A stretch of DNA of 63,898 nt, counting the filler, from Choristocarpus tenellus KU-1152 (taxonomy: Eukaryota > Protista > Phaeophyceae): NCBI GenBank assembly GCA_964200185.2. It is 9 parts of 9 records of this genome, joined end to end, with 100 filler letters (N's around TTAATTAATTAA, not from the genome) between each part and the next. Parts side by side here need not be neighbours in the genome. Positions count along the whole stretch, not along the records: positions 27,823 to 31,419 come from CAXNAD020019041.1; positions 31,520 to 39,072 come from CAXNAD020005975.1; positions 39,173 to 43,053 come from CAXNAD020017397.1; 6 more parts are not named here. One strand, written 5' to 3'. The position numbers and the translations under genes were made by a program. Position 1 is the first letter of the stretch. Every line of letters starts with the position of its first letter. The notes below the pieces were generated by a model that saw only the letters and a program-made list of their open reading frames with translations, had not been told where the DNA came from and did no database searches. Positions 29,016 to 41,742 of the stretch are shown here, piece after piece.

Positions 29016-29259
29016 GAGTCAAAGTAAACGAGAGGTAACCAGGTTTTGACCATTTTGCATATTATGCCACTTTTTTCAACTTTTGCTTTTAACCCTTTTC
29101 TTCTATGGATGAAGTGCTTAGATTGACCTGAGAGCGTCAATTTTTCTATTGTTTGAAAGTTTTCGACAGGATTCCGAAATTTCTAAACGTCTTTGTACAA
29201 AAAAATGAAATTTGCACATTTTGTTGGCATTCTGGATACCTCTCGTTTCATCCAAACTC
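29016..29259. mobile_element. MITE family C (other copies ~16565-16700 partial, 35430-35685, 63320-63638)
   Basis: Terminus gagtcaaagta and shared internal ttctatggatgaagtgct.agattgac.tgagagcgt. Confidence 0.7.
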
Positions 29260-29275
29260 ATTGAAAAAAAATACA

Positions 29276-29712
29276 GAGTGAAAGTATCTTAGAGGGTGGG
29301 AATTTTGCCCTGTTTGTCCATTTAGGGCTTGGATTCCCACGGGTTCTTAATGACATTTTACCTACTCCGAAATGTTTTAGAGTAGGTAAAATGTGTATGT
29401 TATGAATAGGTGTGTCTGGATATTGACACTTCCTAACGAACATGATAGCCAAAATTACATCAAACTTTCAATATTGGATTTTGACCGCCAAACGGACGCG
29501 CCCCTACTCTCTAAGATAAGTTGAGGCTCAAAGTATCTGGGAGGGGGTGGCGGCTGTCCATTTGGGGTCAATTTTTCCATATCGCGATTTTTGGGTAATT
29601 TGGCTGTCATACGTCGGATGGATAATGCAAATGCACTTTTCCCGATTTTGGTCCGAAATGACACCCTTGTGTAGACCTCCCCCACCCCCCCAGATACTTT
29701 GGGTCTTGACTC
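29276..29712. mobile_element. MITE B with MITE A (29525-29705) nested in its TIR
   Basis: A is flanked by ttga/ttga; removing it restores a B terminus of correct length. Confidence 0.9.
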
Positions 29713-31861
29713 ATATGGAAACAGTAGTACTCTTTTTTTCCTAGAGTCATAGTATTAGCAAGGAGAGTTTCCTCTACGTGAATTTTGTTGGGTTGGAACC
29801 CCACCGATCAACGCAACACTTCGTTTGGAGAACCCTTACTGGTCACAAGGCTGTTTTTCCCTAAATGAATGTCGTTTGTTTGAACCCCGTTGATACGAGA
29901 CTCCTCTCCATGGAAATCTAGTTTTTACTATCTGAAGTCCACGTGGAAAGCACCATAGGTTGTACATGAGTACCATCCTGCCTGTTGCTAAACCTCAAAA
30001 ACCCCGGACCAAGATCGAAATGGCAATATCGAGGTGGGTCCAGCACAAGATTTATGGTAGGAGGCAGACCAATGTATGAAGGGACCGATTGGTAGTCGAA
30101 TCCAACAGGAGAAAATAAGCTGCAAACTGAGGAAGTGTAATTGATGGTAGTGCAACAGTTAGTTAGTTAGTTAGTTACAAAGTTAGTATTATCGCCACTC
30201 AGAACAACCGTGACGATGTTTACACTTGTAAAAAAAGTTCTCACACAGGACAAACCAAAGTGTCTGTGTGTGGGGGTCACCATCCGTTTCCTCGTGAGGA
30301 GTAGTAGACCCTGTTGGACATTTCAGTGCCAGCAATCCGTGAAGCACAACCCTATTGCGCGTCAAAACAGAACCTTCCATACAGTAGTTGATACAGTCTA
30401 ATAGGCGAGCACGACCTGCTATGACGTATTGACACCAATGTCTACAATACGACTCGATCCCTACATTATTCCAGGTTATGTGGACATCTTTCTTCTACCA
30501 TTTGTACAGTTCTTCCCAAAACATGCGCCTGAGCCAAACCAATTAAAAGGTAGGAAGGGCTGCATTTCAAGGATCCTGAGAAAGGGCGATAAGAGGTCAT
30601 TTTACACAGTTGTAGAGAGAGCCTTTGCTAAATATTGGTGTAACTTCGTGTGGGGAAAAGGGGAATCTCAATTTTGTGTACACTATTGTGCACACACACA
30701 AAAAGAAATAGGGTGTATTGGAGAGGGTAAGAAAGATTGCTTAGAATGCAAAAGGGTCCAAACCTGCCTACCTCTCAATCGGTTTGACTCCTTTTGAGTT
30801 TCGTTAGGGAACGTGACAATCTGTCATACTCGCTAAGACTTGGGTGTTTTATAAGAGACACAGATTGTATCACCTACTCACCAATAATATGCTCTCAACG
30901 GTGATAGTAATTGCTAAAACGATGGTGTTTTAGACGATACAGATTGTCTCGCGTACTCACAAAAACTTGTTCTGAAAGGTGATAACGATAATAATACGAA
31001 AGGAAGCGCAGTGTGAAGTGTCTCTGACCATGAGTGGGGATCGTTTGGACAATAAAAACTAAAAAGAAGACAGAAAATAAAATAATAAAAATAACAATAA
31101 CAAAAACTATTTTTCCAATAATATAATACTTTGAGGTTAACTCGTTCCTACATACATCTCTGCAGGATTAGGTCGAAGATTTTGGAAGATGGAAAAAGTA
31201 GCTCATTGCGAAGGCATTTCTTGCGGCTTTGGAGGGAGTAGCGTAGAATAGGCATCTCGGTTTTTGCTGTGATATCTTAGGGCAATCTCACAATCGGTGG
31301 GTTTTTGCAATACCCCCACAAAAATAATAAAAAACACCATCCATCCGGGCCCAAAGTATCTGGGAGGGGGTGGAGGCTGTCCATTTGGGGTCAATTTCTT
31401 CATATCGCGATTTTTGGGTNNNNNNNNNNNNNNNNNNNNNNNNNNNNNNNNNNNNNNNNNNNNTTAATTAATTAANNNNNNNNNNNNNNNNNNNNNNNNN
31501 NNNNNNNNNNNNNNNNNNNGTTTTGGTTCAAAAGGACCCCCTGGTATAGACCCCCCCTCCCTCCCCAGATACTTTGGTCTGCAGCTTGGCAAATAAGAAA
31601 TGCCGCCCAACAACGTTTTTCATTCGCATGGGGTAAAACAGGGTACATCTGTTCTGAGATACAATTTGTGGCACTCCTTGCAAGGAGTAGCAGCATGGTT
31701 ACCATTAAAAGGTGCAATGATAAAATATTCCCCAACAAGAGTTTGAGCCTCAGATGCATCATGATAGAGGTCCCGGTTATACTCGCTAGGCCACAATGGA
31801 AAATCCAATGAATAGCAGGAAAAATGTAAGCTTACTGATTGGTGTTGCTGTCGACCCCCAG

Positions 31862-34800
31862 GTTTTGGACAGTGACAGGAGACAAGGTGTCATCGCTGGC
31901 GTTTGCGGATACCAATGGAGATGGAAGCAAAGAGATACTCGTCGGAAGTGAAGATTTTGAGGTCATGGTTCATGATGGTGGAACTTCAAGCATTTCTTGC
32001 CCCCTGTACCTGGTGTTGTGAGCTGTAGTGCGCTGAGTCTTGATACTCTCATGTTTCTCGATTGCCAATGGCTACATCTGCTACCTGATGTTGCTGAAGA
32101 AGCAAACGGTACAAACAATTCATAACATGCAAGGAAGGCCTGGGTTGAGGACCTTTCAAAGTGGACACCGAGGAGCCATTTTCATCAGCACAAATTGATA
32201 CTGCAGTTCGGATTCGTTCTACAAAATTGATACTGCAGTTCGGATTCGTTCTACAAAATTGATACTGCAGTTCAGATTCGTTCTACAAATTGATACTGCA
32301 GTTCGGATTCGTTCTACAAAATTGATACTGCAGTTCGGATTCGTTCTACAAAATTGATACTGCAGTTCGGATTCGTTCTACAAAATTGATACTGCAGTTT
32401 GGATTCGTTCTACAAAATTGATACTGCACTTCAGATTCGTTCTGTACTGATTGTTATTGTCATTCTCCTGTTCGCACTCGGTCTCCGCTGTTAACAGATT
32501 CGAGCGTTTAAGAGTGAAGAGGTGGTGAGCGAGATCACAGAGTCAGATCAAGTGACAGCACTGCAACCAATGGGTGTGGGCGCTGGTACGGGGGGAGGCG
32601 GGTGGAATGAGAGTGAGGGATTAAACACAACCAGATGGGGCTATGGCCTGGCCAACGGTGCGCCTTGTGTGACGTGCTTGTACACATTACCCAGAGTCAA
32701 ATTATCTTAGGTAGGGTTAGGGTAGAGCCGGGTCCATTTGGGGACCAAAATCCGATGTTGCGATCTTGATGTAATTTTGGAGTGAATGTGTCTTGGAGGG
32801 TATGAGTCTTGTTCTGTTTGTCCATTTGGGGCTTGGCTTCCCTCGGGGTTTTCATGACGTTTTACCTACTCCGAAATGTTTCGGAGTAGGTAAAATGTGT
32901 ATGTTATGAAAAGGTGTGTTTGGAACAAGGATGTTGACACTTCCTAACAAATACGATAGCCAAAATTACATTGAAATCGCAACACTGGATTTTGGCCTCA
33001 AAATGGACTCGGCTCTACCCTCTAAGATGCTTTGCCTCTTGGCTATCTTGTTTGTTAGGGAGTGTCAATGTCCTTGTTCTGGACACACCTTTGCATAAAG
33101 TACACATCTTACCTACTCCCAAACATTTTCGAGTAGGAAAATGTCGTAAAAAACCCCATGGGAAGCCAAGTCCCAAACGAACAAGTAGGGCAAACTTCGT
33201 ACCCTCTAAGATACTCTCACCCAACACCTACCTTCATGATGCGTTTAATGTTTGGTTCCAAGTTTCTGATTTGCTCCAATGCTGCTACTTCTGTTCCAAC
33301 GTATATGTTTCTGAAGTCTCTCATTTTACCTTGAGAGTTAGTTCAACACGAGCAAGGCAGAACAAAACAGGTATGATACACTCTTACCAGCAACAAAAGA
33401 AGTACAAGATCTATAATCCGGTCATATGTACTCAGTAAAATATATGTATCCATTGTGGCAACTTCATATGTCCGGAAGCAACGTATTTTCCCCCCAATAC
33501 AATTATAAATCTCAGCTTCAGGCCTAGAAATACAATCCTCATTGTACCTGTTTGGGCATACAGGGTTGTTGCTGCCGCTGCTTGAGTCAATATTGGGCTT
33601 CCTTCCTGCGAAATATTAGGTGCCATTGTCAACTTGTAGTAGAAGTTCATAAGAAAGAGTCCTGGTACTTCAGCTCTTGAAATCATCTTGATACTGTGGG
33701 GGGAGCTGATTAGTGGATCTATTGACATCATGCCTTCAACCAGAAATTACTATAACTCTCTCCAAATGTTATTACTATAGATGATGGGTTTTGCCACCTT
33801 GTTTGTGCGCAATCTAACTTAGTGACCTTCACATTCCCTCCATTCCTTCACACCATCCGATCTGAGTCCTGTTTGAGAATCTAAAGCCTCTTCTACCAAC
33901 TGATCCATCCAGGTACTGTGGGTTTGTACAACATGGGCAGGAGGTTGTGGAGAGTAAAAACCAAGAACCAGGTGCCCACTGAAGAGGAATGCTGTTGACC
34001 TGGGTTGTTCCCTCCCAATGGACCGTGTTTGCAGCCTTCATCCATGCATCATGTCAATCTTGAGTAAAAGTATCTTAGAGGGTACGAGATATGCCCTGTT
34101 TGTCCATTTGGGGCTTGACTTCCCTCGGAATTTTTTATGACATTTCCTACTCAAAAATATTTCGGAGTAGGTAAAATGTATACATTATGAAAAGGTGTGT
34201 CCGGAACAAGGATATTGACACTTCCTGACAAATAAGATACCCAAAATTACATCAATTCGCAACATTGGATTTTGGCCCCCAAATGGACACTGCTCTACCC
34301 TCTAAGATACTTTGGCTCTCTTGCCTTACCCATGCTTGGTAGTAGTTTCGGTGTTGGAGCCAGGAGTAGAAAATGTAGAATTCACTTTGGACTTATGAAC
34401 CCTATCTAGTAGGTTGGATTGACCTCATTTTACACTCTATTCTTGATATTCTCAACCATGTCTGTATTGTTCAGTGTTCATTTTTTATTTTTTGATCGGG
34501 CACTAGGACACGGCATCTGCTTTTTCAAGGTCGGGAGTGTACAAAAGGGGGGGTAAATCACCTGCTAGTGTTCCCTTGATGCGCAAGGAAGATTCTCACT
34601 GGCTCTTTCTCCCCCAACTCCGCAGCTGATGTAACCGCAGACCTACATTTGCCGACGTTTTTTCTCAGGTAACCTCGTTGGCCAGCTTTGACATCGATGC
34701 AGACGGTGAAGCAGAGCTTGTGAGCGGATGGACCAGTGGCACAATTACTGGACGCAAAACAGGTTCCGGAGAGGTTTGATCATGCCCTCGAACTCATGCC

Positions 34801-37800
34801 CTTCTTTGCACGTTTGTATGTGTGTGTGAGAGAGAGAGCTTATATGGACCCCCCATCATGCTTCCTTGTAGTGTGTTTAATGTCAGGAGTATAGTAAAGA
34901 TATATGTAATAATTCTGGTCCCTCAATGCCCATGCACCCTAGTGTAAATGCCTTCGCTGTAAGGATACCATCCTTCCACTTGTCTGCAACGTTGACATGT
35001 GTGTTGGCATTGAAGGTGCATGTGAGATCGAACACACCAGAAGACAGCCTGGTGATGGTGATATATATATATATAAATAGATATTTATTCCTTCCTCCTC
35101 AAATTTGATTAAAATGGGATGTCCTATGTGTGGACAAGTAACCATTGAATTTTCAGATGACATACTAGTGTATTGACTGGGTTCAAATCAAGGTTAGGGT
35201 TAGAGAAATGGAACACCATCGAATCAACCCTAAGTCCTGACCTGAACGATTTTTCAAGTTTGTTAGGCATCCGCACAAAGCCTTGAGATGTCATACATGA
35301 GATGAAATGTGAGTGTCAGTAGAGGTCCTCCCACCCATCCCACCTTACAGGATCAACAATTACTGAACACTGCATAACCCCATAAGGTGTTACTCTTGGT
35401 AATTTGATACCATTGACTTGATTTTCCAGAGAGTCAAAGCAATCGAGAAGTCCCCAGGTTTTGGTCATAAAGCATTTAAAACTATAATTCTTACCTTTTG
35501 CAATTCACCCGTATTTCTATTGATAAAGTGCTAAGATTGACTTGAGAGCGTTGATATCTCTATTGTTTGAAGATCTTCCACATTATTCAGAAAAGTCCTG
35601 ATACGCGTTTTTGCGAAGCCCAATTTTACACATTTGTTGGCATCTCTAAAAGTCAATCTTTGGTACCTCTTGTGTGCTTTGGTTCATATCCTAACTCTTA
35701 CCTGGGCATGGTCGATTTTGGAGTCCATCTAAAATGCAGAGGATTACTCCGGCTTCAGCCTTGTATATTTAAATATCGCAGGAGTATTATTTATATATTA
35801 TGTGATGTATTATGATGTATGCCTGCTCTTCACCGCCCTACCTTTTCATCCAAATTCTGACGCCCCCATTCTATACATCCCACTAGTTGTCAAGCATATC
35901 TCTTCCGTACATGTCCTGACCTCTTCTCCTCTACTCCCCTGGCATGACTGTCTGCCAGGTTGTCTTCAAAGACACTTTGACCTCTCCAGTCTCGAGTCTC
36001 ATTGCTGCAGATTATCGCATGAGTGGATCTCCTGAGCTTGTAGTCTGTGGGAACAGTGGGGAAGTCCGGGGTTATATTGCCACCCCACCAGACGCAGTCT
36101 CAAGGACAGGGTTGCTGGGTCAAGGACGAGGTAGTAGGCAGGAGGAAGAGGTACTAAACTAACACTGATATCAGACGACATATATGGGGTATACGGGGCA
36201 GCAGTTTGGGCGAAGAGTAGCTACAGCTGGGTAATACATATAGGAGATGAAGTCATACTCTAGTTTTGATTAAACATTTTCGATGTATTGATGAATAGGC
36301 TGCCCATTCCACATAGATTCTAGGCTTAGGTACGAACATAAAATATAAGATATAGAGTGTTGAAGGAAGCAAGTTTGAAACGAAATTTTCACGTGGGAAA
36401 CATACCTCAAGGAAAAAACAACAGCAGGGGTTAATGTAGTTCATACTCAACCAGTCAAGGCGCGCAACTCAATCTACTCTCGAAATACTTGTACCAAAAT
36501 GGAATATGGGCATTCTAAGCCCCAAGCTCACTTGATCCCAGCTATTGTACGCCTGTTAGACCTACCACTGCTTTTCAGCGCCCTTCACTGATCTATTGCC
36601 CCTGCTGGAGCGATAAACCGACAGGATTTGGTGCTACCAGAATTTATTCAACGCGAAGTGGTATTACAAGAAGTGACAAACAGTGATGTTTGCCATTGCC
36701 GACATGACACTACATGCCACAATTTCCTCACACTTTACATCTCCCATTTGGCTACATAGGCAATGAACGATCTCCTTGAGCTTCAGCGGATTAAGGCAAA
36801 TCTGTCTTTGGAACTTAGGGAGCTGGAAGGAGTAGTCAAGGCCAGATCCAGCAAAGCAAGAGGTGCTGGATCTATACCTGCGAACACCAAGGTTTGTGCT
36901 TGAAGAAATTTTGCTTGGGTGAAACGTCCAGGGATTTAGTCACTAGAGAGTACATGAATTTTGCATGAATACGTGGAGTCAAAATGCCTTACCTAATTCC
37001 CAGAGAAACAATTGTTTGGACAGGTATTTCCTACTCTAGAATTTTTTAATAATCATGCTGAACCAAAAAGAGATTGATCAGCCAAAGATTTTCTTAGAAA
37101 GGGTAATAATAATAATAATTTGTTGGCTGCCACGCCCGAGCTCAATTTTTTCTTATTTTTTTGAATATTTTCTTTCTTGTCTTGTAGCTGGAGTGCTAAT
37201 GAAGGTATCCATGTTACATTACGTGGCAAACTGTTGTGTATTATTGTGCACAAGAAGTAAGATATGTCAACTCTACAAAATTCTTATCCATTGACTTTAG
37301 GTAGGAGCAAGAAAACGACTTACTATGGAAGAATAGGAATTGAAAAAATATAGTCGACTGCTGATATTGCATTCCCTGGATGACACGGTCACTGGTGTCT
37401 CTTGACCCCTATGATCCCAAAGATTTGGTCCTGGCAGGAGCGAGTCATCGTGAAGAAAAGTATCAGCTATTGTTTCTCGTGGAGATGACTGACACAAACA
37501 AGCGACACCGGCAGTTACATTTTTTATTTCAGGAATTTCGCGTTTAGGGATATGTTGGATTTCTCGCTATTGATATTTTTCACACCACCCTCCCCCCTGG
37601 GATACCAGATTTCTTCCACTCTTGTTTCAAATGAAAAGGTCGACGCCCTGGAGCTCACTGTATTTTCAAACACTGAGGCTGTCATATATAGCATCATTGC
37701 GATCGACCTTGATGGAGGGCTCTTCGAACAGGAGGTACAGAACTGTGGTAGCCCTATCCCCCCATCGTCCCCAAAATACGGGCGTAGATGACATTTTTGA

Positions 37801-38484
37801 GGAGGGGCGCTTTCACCAATCGGAGACTCAATACTGCTAGTATGCAGCATTGGTTCAATATTATTTAAAAATAAGAAAAAACATCCACTACTTATTCTTC
37901 AATGCTGACTGACTGTACCAGTAGTACAGTGCCACATTTTTTTTTCAAAATCGCAACTTGAGGGTTTGAAATATTACATCAAAATCGCACCATTGGATTT
38001 GGTCCCCAAATGGACGCGGCTCTACCCTAACCCTAAGATACTTTGACTCACAGGTCAGGAGTGTAAGGATGAGGAATGAGAATGCACTTCCAGCTGTTAG
38101 TTAAAGCATTCTGTCACTCCCTAACCCTAACCCAGTAGTTTTTATTAAACCCGTATTTTGCTGTCTTCTGTTTTTCTCCTTCCAAATACCCTAACCCTAA
38201 CCCTAACCCTAACTCCACGGATGAAAAGATATGAATATAGATAATGGTTCGTAGGTACAGGTCGAATTTGTCGTATCGTCTGCGACATTCCATCCTTGTA
38301 TCAATTCTATCGCTTGCTCTCTCTACGAGTGTATTGAAACTTACACTCTTCTCACCGGTGAACCGTATTCCCCCTCCTTACACTACACGCCCAGACGTGT
38401 GTGGCCATCCCTTCTGCGCCTACATCACAGGCATCGATGCAAATTTGCCCAGTCAAGCATAGCGCTACCACAATCAACCTGCAG
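31862..38484 (+). CDS. BBS2: Bardet-Biedl syndrome 2 protein, partial (exons 31862-31961, 32498-32657, 33913-33971, 34669-34773, 35959-36150, 36760-36891, 37609-37734, 38395-38484)
   Basis: Spliced translation [16 protein letters not shown]...[24 protein letters not shown]...[13 protein letters not shown]...[31 protein letters not shown]...DYRMSG...GEVRGY matches BBS2; all introns are GT-AG with consistent phases. Confidence 0.95.
32190..32443. repeat. Minisatellite, 8 x ~32 bp (acaaaattgatactgcagttcggattcgttct), in a BBS2 intron
   Basis: Head-to-tail near-identical units with no spacers. Confidence 0.95.
32694..33222. mobile_element. MITE B containing an inverted MITE B (32780-33038)
   Basis: Inner copy flanked by ttg/ttg; removing it restores the consensus gtaattttggctatc. 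Confidence 0.9.
33430..33760 (-). mobile_element. Possible decayed Copia pol fragment in a BBS2 intron
   Basis: Weak resemblance (ISQEG..., [10 protein letters not shown]...) to Copia RT/RNase H. Confidence 0.25.
34062..34318. mobile_element. MITE family B
   Basis: TIRs; 4-bp TSD tctt/tctt. Confidence 0.92.
38189..38212. repeat. Interstitial telomeric repeat (CCCTAA)4
   Basis: Read directly; further short arrays at 38025, 38119 and 38897. Confidence 0.9.
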
Positions 38485-38648
38485 GTACACTCACTCGGTG
38501 CAAAATATTTTTCAACATACGTTTCAATCAACTTTTTTTTTTTTTTTTTTTCAACCAAGCTTTTCTTGGGCAGGGAAGTGCAGACCCGTTCCTGTAATAT
38601 CTTTATATTTTGAGAAAAACAATATCTTTGACTCCTCTGCCTGCACTA

Positions 38649-38929
38649 GAGCCAAAGTATCTTAGAGGGTACGGCCGCGTCCATTCGGGGGCCAAACTCC
38701 AATGTTGCGATTTTTTAAAATATAATTTTGGCTATCGTATTAATTTTAGGGTTTCAATATCCTTGTTCTGAACACACCTTTTCATGACGTATACATTTTA
38801 CCTACTCCGAAAAACATTTTGGAGTAGGAAAATGTTATAAAAAAAGCACGGGAAGCTAAGCCAAGTCCCAAACGGACAAACAGAGCAAAATTCGTACCCT
38901 AACCCTAACCCTCCAAGATACTTTCACTC
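38649..38929. mobile_element. MITE family B with telomeric units in the right TIR
   Basis: 4-bp TSD acta/acta; taccctaaccctaaccctccaagatac versus consensus taccctctaagatac. Confidence 0.92.
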
Positions 38930-39808
38930 ACTAGGCATTCATGTTGACCGGCCGGTGTATCGGCATTGCGGACTAATCAATATTTCCGAGCAGGGTACTA
39001 ATGTGTGGGAGATACATCGTCGCCCTTTCATAGTTTCGAGGTTCAGGCTCAAAGTATCTGGGAGGGGGGTGGNNNNNNNNNNNNNNNNNNNNNNNNNNNN
39101 NNNNNNNNNNNNNNNNTTAATTAATTAANNNNNNNNNNNNNNNNNNNNNNNNNNNNNNNNNNNNNNNNNNNNCAGGTTTACATGGCTTCAAGGCCGATCA
39201 GAGGGGAGGGTGACGTGGGAAGCATGTTAGTCTGTTATTATACCGTTATTGCTGTACGCCATATACCGTTATTCCGTGGTACCAATTTAGGTTCCCAGTC
39301 AAGAATCCATGATTCCACGGACAGTTTCTGTCCGAATGTCACACATGGAAGATCCACTTTGTTCTCATGTCTCTTGACTGGTGAAACCCCACCTTTGATG
39401 GTGCTCATCACTTATGAGTTTTGAAGTAGACCAACCTTAACCTCGTACCCACGGTCACGGTTCGTCCTTGTTCGTGTGGTCCGTCTTGCTCGGTGATTCT
39501 CTTCATCACCCTTGCCTCAGTGAACCACGCCGCCACAGAATCACAGGAATAACAGGATTCACAACCGTAATTATATCAAAATGTTTCAAAATTTTGACCA
39601 ACTTGGAAGAAATTATTCTAATTGTGGAGGTCACTTAAATATTGGAGATTTATTCTAAATTGTGGTATATTTCTTAGGATTGGAATATAATAGTGTAGTG
39701 TACAACTTCAGAAAAGTGTTAAAAAAACTCCTTCGCACCGCCTGCGAATTCTAATTAAAAACCACATTTCGGAAACGCAACACACTCCAAGCACTAAAGG
39801 CCCCCCCC

Positions 39809-41742
39809 ATGATCCGGCTATCTGTGCTACTGGCTGGTGAGAACTGGAGGTCAGCTTTTCGATTAGTGCATCCCATGTATTTCCTATCTAAAAAAATTCT
39901 CTTGGTGGTATACCGGGTGAACCTACCTTCCATGGAGAACTGAATATGACCCCGACTTTCTCTCGACCATTACCATACGGATATCCTCGGTGCAAGCGAA
40001 GAGTTTCGACGGTTTTCTTCCAAGAGACGATCTGATAATCGATGTAGGTGAATCTTGATGATGATTTTGCCTTGTTTTCTTCGTTCCCTTGAATGCATAA
40101 CCTTATCAGTCCTCCTGGGAAGGCGGGCAAACGCAGCTCTCAACATTTCCGAGCTGGAGCTTGTATGGTACGATGAGTTTCTGGGGGATGCAGTGGACTG
40201 GGATAAATGGTCCGTCGACGAGGGAGATGGGTGCGACATTGACATTTGTGACTGGGGAAACGGCGAGGAGCAGGTCTGCGACCTAATACAACAATCCCAA
40301 GATGACGACTGTTACAACGATTTACCTCCCCTCCTTGCATTGTATAAGTATTTATTGCATTAAGAACGGCTGTTCACACCAGCCCACAATGAACCTATGC
40401 GCCCTTTCCTCCAGGCGTAGTCCCGTTGTTGTTCCTCACCTTGTTCTAGTACTCTGTTGAGGTTGCAAGATGCGTTGATCTATGATCTAGCGACGTCGCT
40501 CACCTGTATTGAATGCGATGCTTCGCTTACATTGATCTCATGATCGCCATTTCCGTCCAACCTTATCGCGCCTAATGACCCCTAACTAATTTTGGCAACT
40601 CCCCCCTACTTGTCGCCGCGACTTCTAATGAACTGCCTTGCTGTGATGAATTGTCTAGTGGTACCGAGCAGAGAATGCTGCCGTGTCCGATGGTATCCTG
40701 AGCATTACCGCCAAAGAAGAGGTATTCTCATCTCGCTTTTTCACTTCCTCCAAGCTCACAACACGCAACAAGTTCGCCTTCCGATATGGGCGTGTCGAAG
40801 CTCGCATTCGTCTACCCAACCCGGCTGAGGTTTGTACCTGTATCTATATTTTGTTTGTATATAGTAGAAGAGAGTGTAAGTGTGTGGATGTGGGTGTGGT
40901 TTTGCTCCCTGTTCTGCTTACCAAATTGCATACAGATGGACATCTCAATACTTGGTGCAATTTGAATTACGCAGTAGTACAGTAGATGTCATGATAGTGT
41001 CTCGACATTGTTGGTGTATTTTATGGTCACTTTCTAACTCTAAATCACTCAACCAGCCCCCCCCCCTCCCCCCCCACCCTCTGTGTGTCGTCCACTTCGG
41101 TGTTCGTTCTTTATTTTTTTCTTCTTATAATATTATGGTCACTTTCTAACTCTAAATCACTCAACCAGCCCCCCCCCCTCCCCCCTTTTCTGAAGGGTTC
41201 TATTACTAGCGAATTAGCCCTCTTCCCTTCTATGCATGCAACAGTTCGGTTGCTATTCACTGGGAGTGCATTTTTTTATTTTCCCCCCCAATGATCGTAC
41301 ATGTGCAACTACGTTCCACTTTTGAAATATGTATATATGTATATATATATATATATATATGAAGTATGTTTTGGGCACCACGCCAACCTCCATGACACTG
41401 CCCAGAAGTAGCAACCATTAGCAGTGGAGTTCGTGATATATGTCGTGGAAGCTCCGTGCTCTTCTGTACACCTGTCAAGCACCCAGCCGCCCTCCAACGT
41501 ATGTTCTGAGAGCACTCTCGCTGTATCTAAACTGAACAACAACACAACAACTGAGTTGATTCTTAGTTACGATGTTACTTGTTGCAACGTTATTTTACTT
41601 TTCTTGTTTTTGTAGGGACTGTGGCCAGCGTTTTGGATGATGCCAGCGGATAACAAGTATGGGATGTGGGCAGCGTCTGGTGAAATTGATGTCATGGAGA
41701 GCCGCAACAACATGACGGAGATATTCAGCAATCTCAATTTTG
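39809..41742 (+). CDS. Secreted GH16 beta-1,3-glucanase (laminarinase-like), partial (exons 39809-39836, 40110-40273, 40659-40829, 41616-41742)
   Basis: MIRLSVLLAVLLGRRANA signal-like start; LVWYDEF, WGNGEEQWY, FRYGRVEARIRLP, GLWPAFWMMP and the catalytic GEIDVME motif; GT-AG phases consistent. Confidence 0.95.

Noticed and set aside
31348-31580. MITE A apparently continuing across a linker, implying true contig adjacency
   Set aside because: The flanks show no TSD, so these are probably halves of different copies.
32190-32443. 32-bp repeats resembling a CRISPR array
   Set aside because: No spacers, no cas genes, located in a eukaryotic intron; it is a minisatellite.
32916-33438. ORFs recurring in MITE copies (e.g. 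MDAALPSKIL..., SKYLGGG...)
   Set aside because: Chance translations of non-coding MITE sequence; frames are not conserved.
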